DNA of 27,841 nucleotides from an uncultured Dehalococcoidales bacterium (GCA_964600245.1 CAZRIU010000001.1:6119-33959); one strand, 5' to 3'; counted from the stretch's first letter, positions 9,272-19,858 are shown. The notes: a model not told the origin generated them from the sequence alone. Numbers and translations: made by a program.

Positions 9272-9412
9272 GTGCAGGCGTATTGCTTCAAGTGTAGACG
9301 TAAGGTGGATATAAGGAATCCTGAGAAGGTTACCCTGAAGAACGGCCGGCCGGCGACGAGAGGGGTCTGCCCTTCCTGTGGGACGAAAGTATTCCGGATC
9401 GGTCAGGGCTAA
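9272..9412 (+). CDS. Small basic zinc-ribbon-like protein, DUF5679-like (46 aa)
   Basis: Hand translation from GTG 9272 to TAA 9412: MQAYCFKCRRKVDIRNPEKVTLKNGRPATRGVCPSCGTKVFRIGQG. Two CxxC motifs, own promoter and SD. Family name is from recalled similarity (AYCxKC...KNGRPA..GxCPxCG). Confidence 0.88.
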   Translation: MQAYCFKCRRKVDIRNPEKVTLKNGRPATRGVCPSCGTKVFRIGQG

Positions 9413-9621
9413 CCAGTCTGACCTAATTACGTCGTAGAGGTGGAATAAGCAATCCTCTTCTTTATAAGTATCAGAGTTTAGCAGGAGTGGAAGCTCCTGC
9501 TAGCTGTGCCAAAGAGTGGCTTTTTGCATAAATTCCGGTGAAATGCTAGTGAGATGTTATTGGGTGTGGTTGGGTGCCTTTCCCCCTAAGTTTTGCTGTT
9601 GAAAAGGAGGTTAATTAGACT

Positions 9622-10716
9622 TTGGGTAAAATAAATGTAGCCATAGTAGGCGTGGGTAACTGCGCTTCTTCCCTGGTTCAGGGAGTTCACTACTACGGTA
9701 AAGCTAAAGATGACGAATTTGTCCCTGGACTTATGCACGTCAACCTCGGCGGCTATCATATCAGCGATATTAATTTCGTGGCCGCCTTCGATATCGACAA
9801 GAACAAGGTGGGCAAGGACTTGGCCCGAGCCATCTATACCGAACCCAATAATACCTTCAAGTTTTGTGAGGTGCCCACTACCGGGGTCAAGGTTCACCGG
9901 GGCATGACTCACGACGGGTTGGGCCAGTACCTGTCCAAGATAATAGAGAAGGCGCCGGGTCCTACCGCTGATATTGTTAAAATCCTCAAAGAGACCCGCA
10001 CCGACGTCGTGATTAACTACCTGCCGGTGGGCAGCGAAGAAGCCACCAAGTGGTATATCGAGCAGGTACTGGCCGCTGGCTGTGGCTTTATCAACTGCAT
10101 TCCGGTATTCATTGCCCGCGAGAAGTACTGGCAGCAGCGCTTCGAGCAGAGCGGGCTGCCCGTTATCGGCGATGACATCAAATCCCAGGTGGGGGCTACC
10201 ATTGCTCACCGCGTCCTCACTCGACTCTTCGGCGACCGTGGGGTTAAGCTGGAGCGGACCTACCAGCTGAACTTCGGCGGCAATACCGATTTCTACAACA
10301 TGCTGGAGAGGGAACGCCTGGAGTCCAAGAAGATATCCAAGACCACTGCTGTCACCTCTCAGCTGGATTATGAGATGAAACCCGATGACATCCATGTCGG
10401 CCCCAGTGATTACGTCCCCTGGCTGCTCGACCGCAAGTTCTGCCATATCAGGATGGAGGGGCGGACCTTCGGCGACGTTCCCCTCAACCTGGAACTGAAG
10501 CTAGAGGTCTGGGACAGCCCCAACTCGGCGGGGGTGGTCATTGACGCTATAAGGTGCTGTAAGCTCGCCTTAGACCGTGGCCTTAAAGGAGCTCTGATAT
10601 CCCCATCGTCCTACTTTATGAAATCGCCACCCGTCCAGTATACCGATGACCAAGCTCGCCGAAATGTGGAAGAGTTTATCGCGGTTAATAAACCTGTGGA
10701 GAGCACGCCCGTTTGA
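9622..10716 (+). CDS. ino1: myo-inositol-1-phosphate synthase (bacterial/archaeal short type)
   Basis: [61 protein letters not shown] start with SD AAGGAGG. Confidence 0.97.
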   Translation: MGKINVAIVGVGNCASSLVQGVHYYGKAKDDEFVPGLMHVNLGGYHISDINFVAAFDIDKNKVGKDLARAIYTEPNNTFKFCEVPTTGVKVHRGMTHDGLGQYLSKIIEKAPGPTADIVKILKETRTDVVINYLPVGSEEATKWYIEQVLAAGCGFINCIPVFIAREKYWQQRFEQSGLPVIGDDIKSQVGATIAHRVLTRLFGDRGVKLERTYQLNFGGNTDFYNMLERERLESKKISKTTAVTSQLDYEMKPDDIHVGPSDYVPWLLDRKFCHIRMEGRTFGDVPLNLELKLEVWDSPNSAGVVIDAIRCCKLALDRGLKGALISPSSYFMKSPPVQYTDDQARRNVEEFIAVNKPVESTPV

Positions 10717-10735
10717 TTGAGTTGCCACAGAGGTT

Positions 10736-11920
10736 TTGGTTAGGGCGGTGAAGATAGCGTTAGTTTCACCGTATGATTTCGCCTATCCTGGCGGCGTCTG
10801 TATTCATATTTCCTGTCTTGAACAGCAATTTACCCGGATGGGCCACGAGGTCAAGGTAATTGCTCCGGCCTCTAAGGCTGTTTCCGGTTTTGGCGACAGG
10901 TTCATTCCCATCGGCAGACCCCGCCCCGTCCCCACCAGCGGTTCTATTGCCCGGCTCACCCTGTCGCTGAGGTTGTCCTCTATGATAAAAGAGGTCCTCG
11001 AGCGGGAAAAATTCGATATCATCCACCTTCATGAGCCTTTAATGCCCATGCTCTGTACCAGTGTGCTGCGCCTTTCGAAAACAGCCACCGTGGGCACCTT
11101 TCACGCCACTAACGGCCGGCCCGGTTATAACCTCGGGCGACCCTTTAGCAAGTTTTTCCTGAAGAGATGGTTCCGTAAGCTCGATGGCAAGATTGCCGTG
11201 TCTCAGCCGGCCATGGAGTTCGCCCACAGGCACTTCCCCGGATACTATAATATTATCCCCAACGGTGTCGATTTAGAGCATTTTTCCCCTGATGTAGCTC
11301 CGATTGAGGAATTTAAGGACGGCAAGCTGAATATCCTCTTTGTTGGCCGCATGGAGAGGCGCAAGGGCTTGAACTATCTGCTTGACGCCTTCGGGCGGGT
11401 TAAACAGGAAGTGCCCAATTCACGGCTTATCGCCGTCGGTCCCGGCGCTAGGCTGCGGCGCAAATATGAGAAGAAGGTGGCCAAGAAAGGCTTAAAAGAC
11501 GTCGTCTTTGTCGGCTTTGCCAGTTACGAAGACCTGCCTCGCTACTACAAGACCGCCGATATTTTCTGTGCCCCGGCCACCGGTGCCGAGAGCTTCGGCA
11601 TTGTTTTGCTGGAGGCGATGGCGCTGGGCAAGCCGATCGTGGCTTCCAAAATAGAGGGTTATGCCGGCGTGATAAGCGATGGTGTTGATGGGCAGCTGGT
11701 GCCGCCGAAAGACAAAAAGAGCCTGGCCCAGACTTTAATCTCTCTTTTGAACGACGAGCCGCTGCGCCAGGAGATTGGGGCTCAGGGGAGGACTAAAGCC
11801 CTGAAGCATGGCTGGGACAGTATCGCCCGCACTATCCTGGATTATTACCACCGGGTGCTCAGTGAACCGCCGTGGAACAAGAAGTTCCCCCAGTCTGAAA
11901 CAGCGCCGATTTTAGTTTAA
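10736..11920 (+). CDS. GT4 glycosyltransferase, PimA-like (phosphatidyl-myo-inositol mannosyltransferase-like)
   Basis: KIALVSPYDFAYPGGV, FDIIHLHEP, GTFH, IIPNGVD, FVGRMERRKG, ESFGIVLLEAMA (EX7E). The N-terminus resembles PimA. Start may be GTG 10748. Confidence 0.88.
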   Translation: MVRAVKIALVSPYDFAYPGGVCIHISCLEQQFTRMGHEVKVIAPASKAVSGFGDRFIPIGRPRPVPTSGSIARLTLSLRLSSMIKEVLEREKFDIIHLHEPLMPMLCTSVLRLSKTATVGTFHATNGRPGYNLGRPFSKFFLKRWFRKLDGKIAVSQPAMEFAHRHFPGYYNIIPNGVDLEHFSPDVAPIEEFKDGKLNILFVGRMERRKGLNYLLDAFGRVKQEVPNSRLIAVGPGARLRRKYEKKVAKKGLKDVVFVGFASYEDLPRYYKTADIFCAPATGAESFGIVLLEAMALGKPIVASKIEGYAGVISDGVDGQLVPPKDKKSLAQTLISLLNDEPLRQEIGAQGRTKALKHGWDSIARTILDYYHRVLSEPPWNKKFPQSETAPILV

Positions 11921-11942
11921 GCCAAAAAGCGGGAGTAATACC

Positions 11943-12557
11943 ATTTCACAAAAATCGGACTCTAAAGCCGGTCTGTATCAGTTTCGCCGCACCATAGCCC
12001 ATAGTATTACCCAGCCAGCGGTGCAGGTTCTGGCCCGGACACCGTTGACCCCTGATGTTATAAGCTGGTTCGGCTTTGCCTTAATCCTGGGGGCGGCGGC
12101 GCTTATTATCACCGGACACCCCTTTGCCGCTGGCTTCGTCGTGCTGGCGGCGGGCTATTTCGATATCCTGGACGGAGCGCTGGCCCGGCATACCGGGAGG
12201 GTTACCCCCTTCGGCGGCGTTCTCGATTCCACCCTTGACCGCTTGTCCGATGCGGCGATTCTGATAGCTATTCTAGTTTTCTTCGAAAACACGCTTTGGC
12301 TGGTGCTGCTGGTCTTCCTTGCCTTTATTAGCTCTCTGCTGGTGAGCTATATCAGAGCCAGGGCACTTAACGCCGGACTGGAGCCGGGGAGGGGAATCTT
12401 TACCCGTTCCGAAAGGATAATCGTTCTGGCGCTGGGCCTCTTGCTGAGCAGTCTGACCAATGCCCTGGTTATCGCCCTGGCCGTCATCGCCGCCTTCAGC
12501 TTCTTCACCGCCGGCCAGCGATTATTTTATGCCTGGCGGAGTCAGAAAAAGAAGTAG
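11943..12557 (+). CDS. CDP-alcohol phosphatidyltransferase, phosphatidylinositol-phosphate synthase (PgsA1)-like
   Basis: DILDGALARHTGRVTPFGGVLDSTLDRLSD (DxxDGxxAR...GxxxDxxxD), LLVSYIRARA, GIFTRSERI. The frame is open from 11916. The start is uncertain: ATT 11943 or CTG 11973, versus the track's GTG 12021. Confidence 0.88.
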   Translation: MSQKSDSKAGLYQFRRTIAHSITQPAVQVLARTPLTPDVISWFGFALILGAAALIITGHPFAAGFVVLAAGYFDILDGALARHTGRVTPFGGVLDSTLDRLSDAAILIAILVFFENTLWLVLLVFLAFISSLLVSYIRARALNAGLEPGRGIFTRSERIIVLALGLLLSSLTNALVIALAVIAAFSFFTAGQRLFYAWRSQKKK

Positions 12558-13901
<1,344 letters not shown>

Positions 13902-13911
13902 GAGGATTGAG

Positions 13912-14349
13912 ATGGCAACGGTGAGGCTGGCTGTAGAGGAGGATGTGCCGCGAATCCTGGAGCTTTATGAGGAGCTGACCGGTGAGCGGCACGACCTTAC
14001 CCGCCATGAGACGGGGCCGGTTTTTGCCGAAATTAGTTCCATGCCCGGTCACGAACTGCTGGTGGCTGAGGAAGACGGCGTGGTGGTCGGCACCATGGTG
14101 CTCTTAATCGTACCCAACTTTTCCCACGGGGCTCTTCCCTGGGCAATTGTGGAGAACCTGGTCGTTGACCCCGCTTACCGCCGCCGGGGGATTGCTCGCC
14201 TGCTTACGGAGTACGCCATTGACCGCGCCCGCGAGGCGGGCTGCTACAAGGTCCAGCTCCTCAGCAACGTAAAGCGCGGGGAGTCTCACCGATTCTACAA
14301 GGCATTGGGCTTTAAGATGTCCGCCTACGGCTTCCGCCTCTATCTCTGA
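13912..14349 (+). CDS. GNAT family N-acetyltransferase
   Basis: VENLVVDPAYRRRGIARLL acetyl-CoA motif A; AGCYKVQL; FYKALGF. SD AGGAG directly after the purA stop. Confidence 0.9.
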   Translation: MATVRLAVEEDVPRILELYEELTGERHDLTRHETGPVFAEISSMPGHELLVAEEDGVVVGTMVLLIVPNFSHGALPWAIVENLVVDPAYRRRGIARLLTEYAIDRAREAGCYKVQLLSNVKRGESHRFYKALGFKMSAYGFRLYL

Positions 14350-14367
14350 CTGCCTGCTCCAATACTG

Positions 14368-14823
14368 CTAGCGGGGTAGCTCTGGTGATTCTGGCACAAG
14401 ACCGAGCCCCTGGTTGAGAGTCATGGTATCCCAGATCATGTATAATTCAACAATCTTACCGTTCTTTATATGAAGAAACATGGCGCCCTCGTGAAATATC
14501 TCTTTACCGGTGGGTGGAGGCAAACCCTCTATTTCCTTGTCGAAAGTAAGACGTTCGGTGTACCGGAAGGCAGCGACATCGCCGGTTCCGATTATATCAA
14601 AAAACTCATGCTGGGGATTAGAATACGCCTCCCGAGCGAAAGCGATAAACTTTTTGTGCTCCTCCCGCCCCACCATATCCGGCTGACCAAGCAAATGAAG
14701 GACTATATTGGGGTCTTCGACTTCATCTAGAGCATCCACGTTGCCCTTATCCCAGGCCTCATTCTCGGCGGCCACAAACTTTTCCGCGATTTCCTTGGCT
14801 GGATTACCTACACCCGATGTCAT
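14368..14823 (-). CDS. SnoaL-like / ester cyclase family (NTF2-like) protein
   Basis: AWDKGNVDALDE...PPTGKEI...GAMFLHIKNGKIVE pattern. Start placed at ATG 14823 (MTSGVGNP) because of the SD GGAGGAAAGG; the track's 14895 start overlaps dapA. Confidence 0.8.
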   Translation of the reverse strand: MTSGVGNPAKEIAEKFVAAENEAWDKGNVDALDEVEDPNIVLHLLGQPDMVGREEHKKFIAFAREAYSNPQHEFFDIIGTGDVAAFRYTERLTFDKEIEGLPPPTGKEIFHEGAMFLHIKNGKIVELYMIWDTMTLNQGLGLVPESPELPR

Positions 14824-14891
14824 GTCCTTTCCTCCTGTTTTTGAAGACTGCCTTAAGCCCCCTCGACCCGGGGCTTGGTTGTCACAGGAAT

Positions 14892-15785
14892 TCACTGGGG
14901 GTTCAGGTCAAGCTGGTATTTCTTTAAGGTCTCTTTGATGATAGTGGCTGACTTGGGGCTGACCTCGACCAGGGGCAAGCGCGGCTTGCCCACATCGAAG
15001 CCGACGTGGTTGAGGGCGTATTTCAGCGGTGCCGGGTTGGGCTCGACAAAAAGCGCGTCCACCAGCGGCAGCAGCTGGCGGTGAATGGCGGCGGCTTCGG
15101 TGATTTTACCGCCCATAATATTCTCCATCATCTTTTTAATCTGCTTACCTACCAGATGTGTGGCCACGCCGATGGTGCCGTAGCCGCCTAGGGCCATGAT
15201 GTGAAAGGTGTCGTTATCGTTGCCACTCCAGATGAGGAAGTCATCGCTGGCGTCGTTGAGCGTCTTAGCCACGTGGCCCATATCGCCACAGGCTTCCTTG
15301 ACGCCGACGATGTTCTTTACCCGGCTCAACCTGGCCATGGTCTCCACCGACATATTGATAACCACCCGTGAAGGTATGTTGTACATTATGATGGGCAGGC
15401 TGGTGTTTTCGGCGACGGTCTTGAAGTGCTGATAGATACCCTCCTGGGTGGGCTTGTTATAGTAGGGGACAACCAGCAAGCATCCGTCAACCCCGATTTT
15501 CTCCGCCTTTTCAGTGGCTTCCACGGCTTCGGCGGTGCTGTTAGAGCCGGTGTAGGCGATGATTGTTCCGCGATTGCCCACTGCCGATTTAACCTCGCTG
15601 AAGAGGCTCATTTCCTCTTCCCAGCTGAGCGTCGGCGACTCACCGGTAGTAGCCGCTACCACCACGCCGTCGCTTCCCGAATCGACTAAAGCCAGGGCCA
15701 GCTTCTTAGCCTGCTCATAATTAACCGCCCCCTTTTCGTCAAAGGGGGTTACCATGGCCGTCAGTAATCGTCCCAGTTGCTTCAT
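14892..15785 (-). CDS. dapA: 4-hydroxy-tetrahydrodipicolinate synthase
   Basis: TAMVTPF, ATTGESPTL, VVPYYNKPTQEG, YNIPSR, GVKEA, NPAPLK. Start at ATG 15785 (MKQLGR) after SD GGGAGG. Confidence 0.96.
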   Translation of the reverse strand: MKQLGRLLTAMVTPFDEKGAVNYEQAKKLALALVDSGSDGVVVAATTGESPTLSWEEEMSLFSEVKSAVGNRGTIIAYTGSNSTAEAVEATEKAEKIGVDGCLLVVPYYNKPTQEGIYQHFKTVAENTSLPIIMYNIPSRVVINMSVETMARLSRVKNIVGVKEACGDMGHVAKTLNDASDDFLIWSGNDNDTFHIMALGGYGTIGVATHLVGKQIKKMMENIMGGKITEAAAIHRQLLPLVDALFVEPNPAPLKYALNHVGFDVGKPRLPLVEVSPKSATIIKETLKKYQLDLNPQ

Positions 15786-15789
15786 TTCC

Positions 15790-16815
15790 CTACCTCCCGG
15801 CATGTAGCCAATCCCTTTTAATCATCTCCTCAGCAATCTGGACGGTGTTGAGCGCCGCTCCTTTACGCAGGTTATCGGCGACAACCCACATTACCAGACC
15901 GTTGGGGTGTGAGGCATCCCGGTGAATGCGCCCGACGAAGACCTCGTCGGTGCCCGCCGCTGACCAGGGTTGGGGATAGAGGCTGATAGCCGGGTCATCC
16001 AGTATCTTTATTCCCGGTGCCTGAGCCAGAATGCGCTTGGCTTCATCGGGGGACATTGGCTGAGAGAATTCTATATGTAGTGCTTCGCTGTGCCCGATGA
16101 ATACCGGCACGCGGACGCAGACCGCCGAAATAGCGATATCGGGGGCATGCATTATCTTCCTGGTCTCCTCCACCATCTTCCACTCTTCCTTGGTGTAGTC
16201 GTTATCTAAAAAGACATCTATCTCGGGCAGTATGTTAAAGGCTATCTGGTGGGGATAGACATGAGGGACGGTGGTCTGCCCGTCCAGTACCTGCTTGGAC
16301 TGCTCGGTTAGCTCCTCTACCGCGGCCGAGCCGGTGCCTGATACCGCCTGGTAGGTAGCCGCCACAAGGCGCTTGATGGGGTTAACCTTATGCAGGGGGT
16401 TTAGCGCCACCACCATCTGGATGGTAGAGCAGTTGGGATTGGCGATAATCCCCTTATGCCACTTGATGTCTTCGGGGTTTATCTCGGGCACCACCAGAGG
16501 TACCTTGGGGTCCATGCGCCAGGCCGAACTGTTGTCAACGACCACGGCCCCCGATTGGGCGGCTATGGGCGCAAAGTAGCGGCTGGTCTCACCACCCGCC
16601 GAGAAGAGGGCGATGTCTATCTTCTGGAAAGAATCGGGAGTTGTCTCCTTGACCACCACCTCGTCGTGGTTGACAAACATCTTCTTGCCCGCGGAGCGGT
16701 CCGAGGCCAAAAGCTCTATAGAGTCCATGGGGAAGTCGCGCTGCTCCAGGACCTTGATGAACTCCTGCCCCACCATTCCGGTGGCGCCGACTATAGCTAC
16801 TCTGTATCTCTTCAT
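15790..16815 (-). CDS. asd: Aspartate-semialdehyde dehydrogenase
   Basis: VAIVGATGMVG, DNSSAWRM, IIANPNCSTIQ, TYQAVSGTG, CVRVPVFIGHSE, DNLRKGAALN. Confidence 0.98.
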   Translation of the reverse strand: MKRYRVAIVGATGMVGQEFIKVLEQRDFPMDSIELLASDRSAGKKMFVNHDEVVVKETTPDSFQKIDIALFSAGGETSRYFAPIAAQSGAVVVDNSSAWRMDPKVPLVVPEINPEDIKWHKGIIANPNCSTIQMVVALNPLHKVNPIKRLVAATYQAVSGTGSAAVEELTEQSKQVLDGQTTVPHVYPHQIAFNILPEIDVFLDNDYTKEEWKMVEETRKIMHAPDIAISAVCVRVPVFIGHSEALHIEFSQPMSPDEAKRILAQAPGIKILDDPAISLYPQPWSAAGTDEVFVGRIHRDASHPNGLVMWVVADNLRKGAALNTVQIAEEMIKRDWLHAGR

Positions 16816-16816
16816 T

Positions 16817-17614
16817 TCATTTTTCCAAGCCTAATAAACTATCCAGGCCGTAGGTTAAACCCTTTTTCTTGATCACTTCTTTGATAGCCAGCATAACGCC
16901 GGGCATAAAGCTTTCGCGCCCGCTGGTATCGTGGCGGAGGCTCAACGTTTGCCCCGCCCCGCCCAGAATCACCTCCTGGTGGGCCAGAAGCCCCGGCAGG
17001 CGCACGCTGTGAATATTTATGCCCTCAACCTGTTTTCCTCGGCTGTCCGATTTCTTATCCGCCGGCGGTGTCGAGAACGGCTTACCCCTGGCTTGAGCCA
17101 TGGTTTTAGCCGTGGCCAGAGCCGTGCCCGAGGGCGCATCCAGCTTGCCCTCATGATGCAGCTCGATGATTTCGGCTTGATCAAGATATTTGCCGGCTAT
17201 CTTGGCCAGGTGCATCATCAGCACCGCGCCCAGCGCGAAATTGGGCGCTATGACTATGCCTATCCCCTTGGCTTTGGCCAAGCGGTCGCTTTCTTTGATA
17301 TCTTCGGCGCTAAGTCCGGTGGTGCCGATTACCAGGTTAATACCGTGTTCGGTGGCCAGGCGCACCATAGGCATAACGGCCTTGGCGGTGCTGAAGTCTA
17401 CCACTACCTGCGGCTGGCATCTGATGAGTATTTGCTCCAGCTCTGGGGAAAGGGGAACTCTGCCCGAGCCGTCAGGTAGAACTAGGTAGTCTTCAGTCGC
17501 CTTGATGTCGGTAGCGCCTACGATTTGCATCTCGGGTTCACGGCATAGGGCGTCGACCAGGGTCTGCCCCATCTTACCCAGAGCGCCGTGAACGGCTACC
17601 CTTATCGGCTTCAT
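16817..17614 (-). CDS. dapB: 4-hydroxy-tetrahydrodipicolinate reductase
   Basis: VAVHGALGKMG, VIGTTG, APNFALG, EIIELHHEGKLDAPSGTA, HSVRLPG. Confidence 0.97.
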   Translation of the reverse strand: MKPIRVAVHGALGKMGQTLVDALCREPEMQIVGATDIKATEDYLVLPDGSGRVPLSPELEQILIRCQPQVVVDFSTAKAVMPMVRLATEHGINLVIGTTGLSAEDIKESDRLAKAKGIGIVIAPNFALGAVLMMHLAKIAGKYLDQAEIIELHHEGKLDAPSGTALATAKTMAQARGKPFSTPPADKKSDSRGKQVEGINIHSVRLPGLLAHQEVILGGAGQTLSLRHDTSGRESFMPGVMLAIKEVIKKKGLTYGLDSLLGLEK

Positions 17615-19842
17615 CGCCGTCGTCCTCTGTCGGGCCCCCGGTTGTGGAAGCCACCTTTATTTCGGGGAGGGCGAGAATCACGCTGTTTCCGGAAGGGGTA
17701 GTCTTTAGAGGGCGCACCCTGCGGCCTGCCTCCGGGCGCCTGAGCTCTGGGCGCGGCCGCCCGCTTTTCGAAGACCGCCCGTCGTGACAGGTTTATCCGT
17801 CCCATATCGTCAATGTTGATAACCTTAACCGTTAGCTCGTCGCCGATTTTAACCACGTCCTCGACCTTGGCTACCCGGTAGTCCTCCAGCTCGCTGATAT
17901 GAACCAGCCCCTCTTTACCGGGAAGAATCTCCACCATAGCGCCGAAGTTCAATATCCGCGTTACCTTTCCCGTGTAGGTGGCGCCGACCTCTACCTCTTT
18001 AGTTAGACCTTCAATGATATCGATGGCCTTGCGGGCGGCTTCCTCGTTAGCCGAGCCGATAATCACCGTGCCGTCGTTATCAACATCAATGGTCGTCTTG
18101 GTTTCCTCGATAATCGACCTTATCGTTCTGCCGCCGGTGCCGATGACGGCGCCGATTTTATAGGGGTCGATAGTTATCTTATACATCCGGGGCGCATAGC
18201 GGCTGGTTTCAGGTCGACTGGAGTTAATGGTCTGGCCCATCTTTTCCAGTATAGACAACCGTGCCTGGCGACCTTGCTCCAGTGCCTTTTCTATAATTTC
18301 AATGCTTATGCCTTCGAGCTTGGTGTCCATCTGCAGGGCGGTGATGCCCTTGGTGGTGCCGGCTATCTTAAAGTCCATATCCCCGTAGGCATCTTCTATG
18401 CCCTCGATATCGGTCAGGACAACGTATTTCCCATCCTCACCGCTGACCAGCCCCATGGCGATACCGGCCACGGCGGTCTTGGTCGGTATGCCCGCATCCA
18501 TCAGCGAAAGGCTTGAAGCGCAGACGCTGGCCATAGAGGTGCTGCCGCTGGAGCTCAAGACCTCGGAGACGAGGCGGATGGTATAGGGGAAGTCCTCATC
18601 TTTGGGCAGCACCGGCTCGATGGCTCGCTCCACCAACGCGCCATGCCCGATTTCACGCCGCCCCGGTGAGCCGATGCGCCTGGTCTCGCCTGCGGAGAAG
18701 GGGGGGAAGTTATAGTGGTGGATAAACCTCTTGCTCTCCTCTATGCCCAGTCCGTCGAGAGGTTGCTCTTTGCCCACAGAGCCCAGCGTGGTAATAGTCA
18801 GGACCTGGGTCTGTCCTCTAGTAAATAGGGCCGAGCCGTGGGTGCGGGGCAGCAGCCCCACCTCACAGTTGATGGGCCTGACCTCGGTTAGACCTCGCCC
18901 GTCAATACGCTCCCCCTTATCGAGGAGGTGACCTCTTATTTCAGCCCTGATTCGGCTCTCCAGGGCGCCAGTTATATCCTCTTCGGCAAATGTCTCGCCG
19001 AAGCTCTCCACCAGCTCCTTCCTCAAGGCGGCGAGGGTGTCTTCTCGCTGCGACTTATCCGTATGCTTCAGGGCTGGGGCCAGCTTCTCGTCAACTAGGG
19101 GCGCAATTGCCGCCAGCGCCTCGGGGTTGACCTCGCTTAGAGGAGCTTCCAGCTTGGGTTTGCCGCAGGCCTGCTGGAGCTGCTCCTGGAGCTTGATGAT
19201 ACCCTGGTTGGTCTCGTGCCCGAGCTTTATCGCCTTGAGCACGATGTCCTCCGGAGCCTCTCTGGCGCCAGCTTCCACCATTACGATGGCTTCCTTGTTG
19301 CTGACGACGACCATATCGAGCTGGCTGTCTTCCAGCTGGGCCAGGGTTGGATTCAATATAAGCTCGTTGTTTATATAGCCTATATGGACTGCGCCTACTG
19401 GACCGTCGAAGGGCACCTCCGAAATTGATAGCGCTGCTGAGCCGCCGATGACGGCCAGTATATCGGGGTCGTTTTCCTGGTCGGCGGAAAGAACGGTAAC
19501 GATGAGCTGGATGTCGCGGCGCCATTCCTTGGGCAGCAGCGGGCGTATCGGGCGGTCGGTAAGACGGCTGGCCAGGGTTGCCTCCTGGCTAGGACGCCCC
19601 TCCCGGCGGATGAAGCCGCCGGGGATCTTGCCAGCGGCGTAGAGCCTCTCTTCATAGTCGATGGTCAGGGGCAGAAAGTTTACCCCTTCCCGGGGCTCGT
19701 CGCTTATGCAGGCAGTGACCAGGACTACGGTATCCCCGTAGCGGGCGGTTACCGCTCCGCTGGCCTGTCCGGCCAGCTTTCCGGTGTCGATAGTAAGCCT
19801 TCTACCACCGACCTCACACTCAAAAGAACTAGGTGATATCAA
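17611..19842 (-). CDS. pnp: Polyribonucleotide nucleotidyltransferase (PNPase)
   Basis: FLPLTIDYEE, IPGGFIRREGRPS, RTHGSALFTRGQTQ, RREIGHG, GDMDFKIAGT, KH and S1 domains. TTG start. Confidence 0.98.
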   Translation of the reverse strand: MISPSSFECEVGGRRLTIDTGKLAGQASGAVTARYGDTVVLVTACISDEPREGVNFLPLTIDYEERLYAAGKIPGGFIRREGRPSQEATLASRLTDRPIRPLLPKEWRRDIQLIVTVLSADQENDPDILAVIGGSAALSISEVPFDGPVGAVHIGYINNELILNPTLAQLEDSQLDMVVVSNKEAIVMVEAGAREAPEDIVLKAIKLGHETNQGIIKLQEQLQQACGKPKLEAPLSEVNPEALAAIAPLVDEKLAPALKHTDKSQREDTLAALRKELVESFGETFAEEDITGALESRIRAEIRGHLLDKGERIDGRGLTEVRPINCEVGLLPRTHGSALFTRGQTQVLTITTLGSVGKEQPLDGLGIEESKRFIHHYNFPPFSAGETRRIGSPGRREIGHGALVERAIEPVLPKDEDFPYTIRLVSEVLSSSGSTSMASVCASSLSLMDAGIPTKTAVAGIAMGLVSGEDGKYVVLTDIEGIEDAYGDMDFKIAGTTKGITALQMDTKLEGISIEIIEKALEQGRQARLSILEKMGQTINSSRPETSRYAPRMYKITIDPYKIGAVIGTGGRTIRSIIEETKTTIDVDNDGTVIIGSANEEAARKAIDIIEGLTKEVEVGATYTGKVTRILNFGAMVEILPGKEGLVHISELEDYRVAKVEDVVKIGDELTVKVINIDDMGRINLSRRAVFEKRAAAPRAQAPGGRPQGAPSKDYPFRKQRDSRPPRNKGGFHNRGPDRGRRR

Positions 19843-19858
19843 TAGCCTCTCCCCAAAT

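Noticed and set aside
9622-11920. Mycothiol biosynthesis (ino1 + MshA-like GT4)
   Set aside because: The GT4 N-terminus (SPYDFAYPGGV) looks like PimA rather than MshA. The neighbour is a lipid phosphotransferase, and no mshB/C/D are present in the window.
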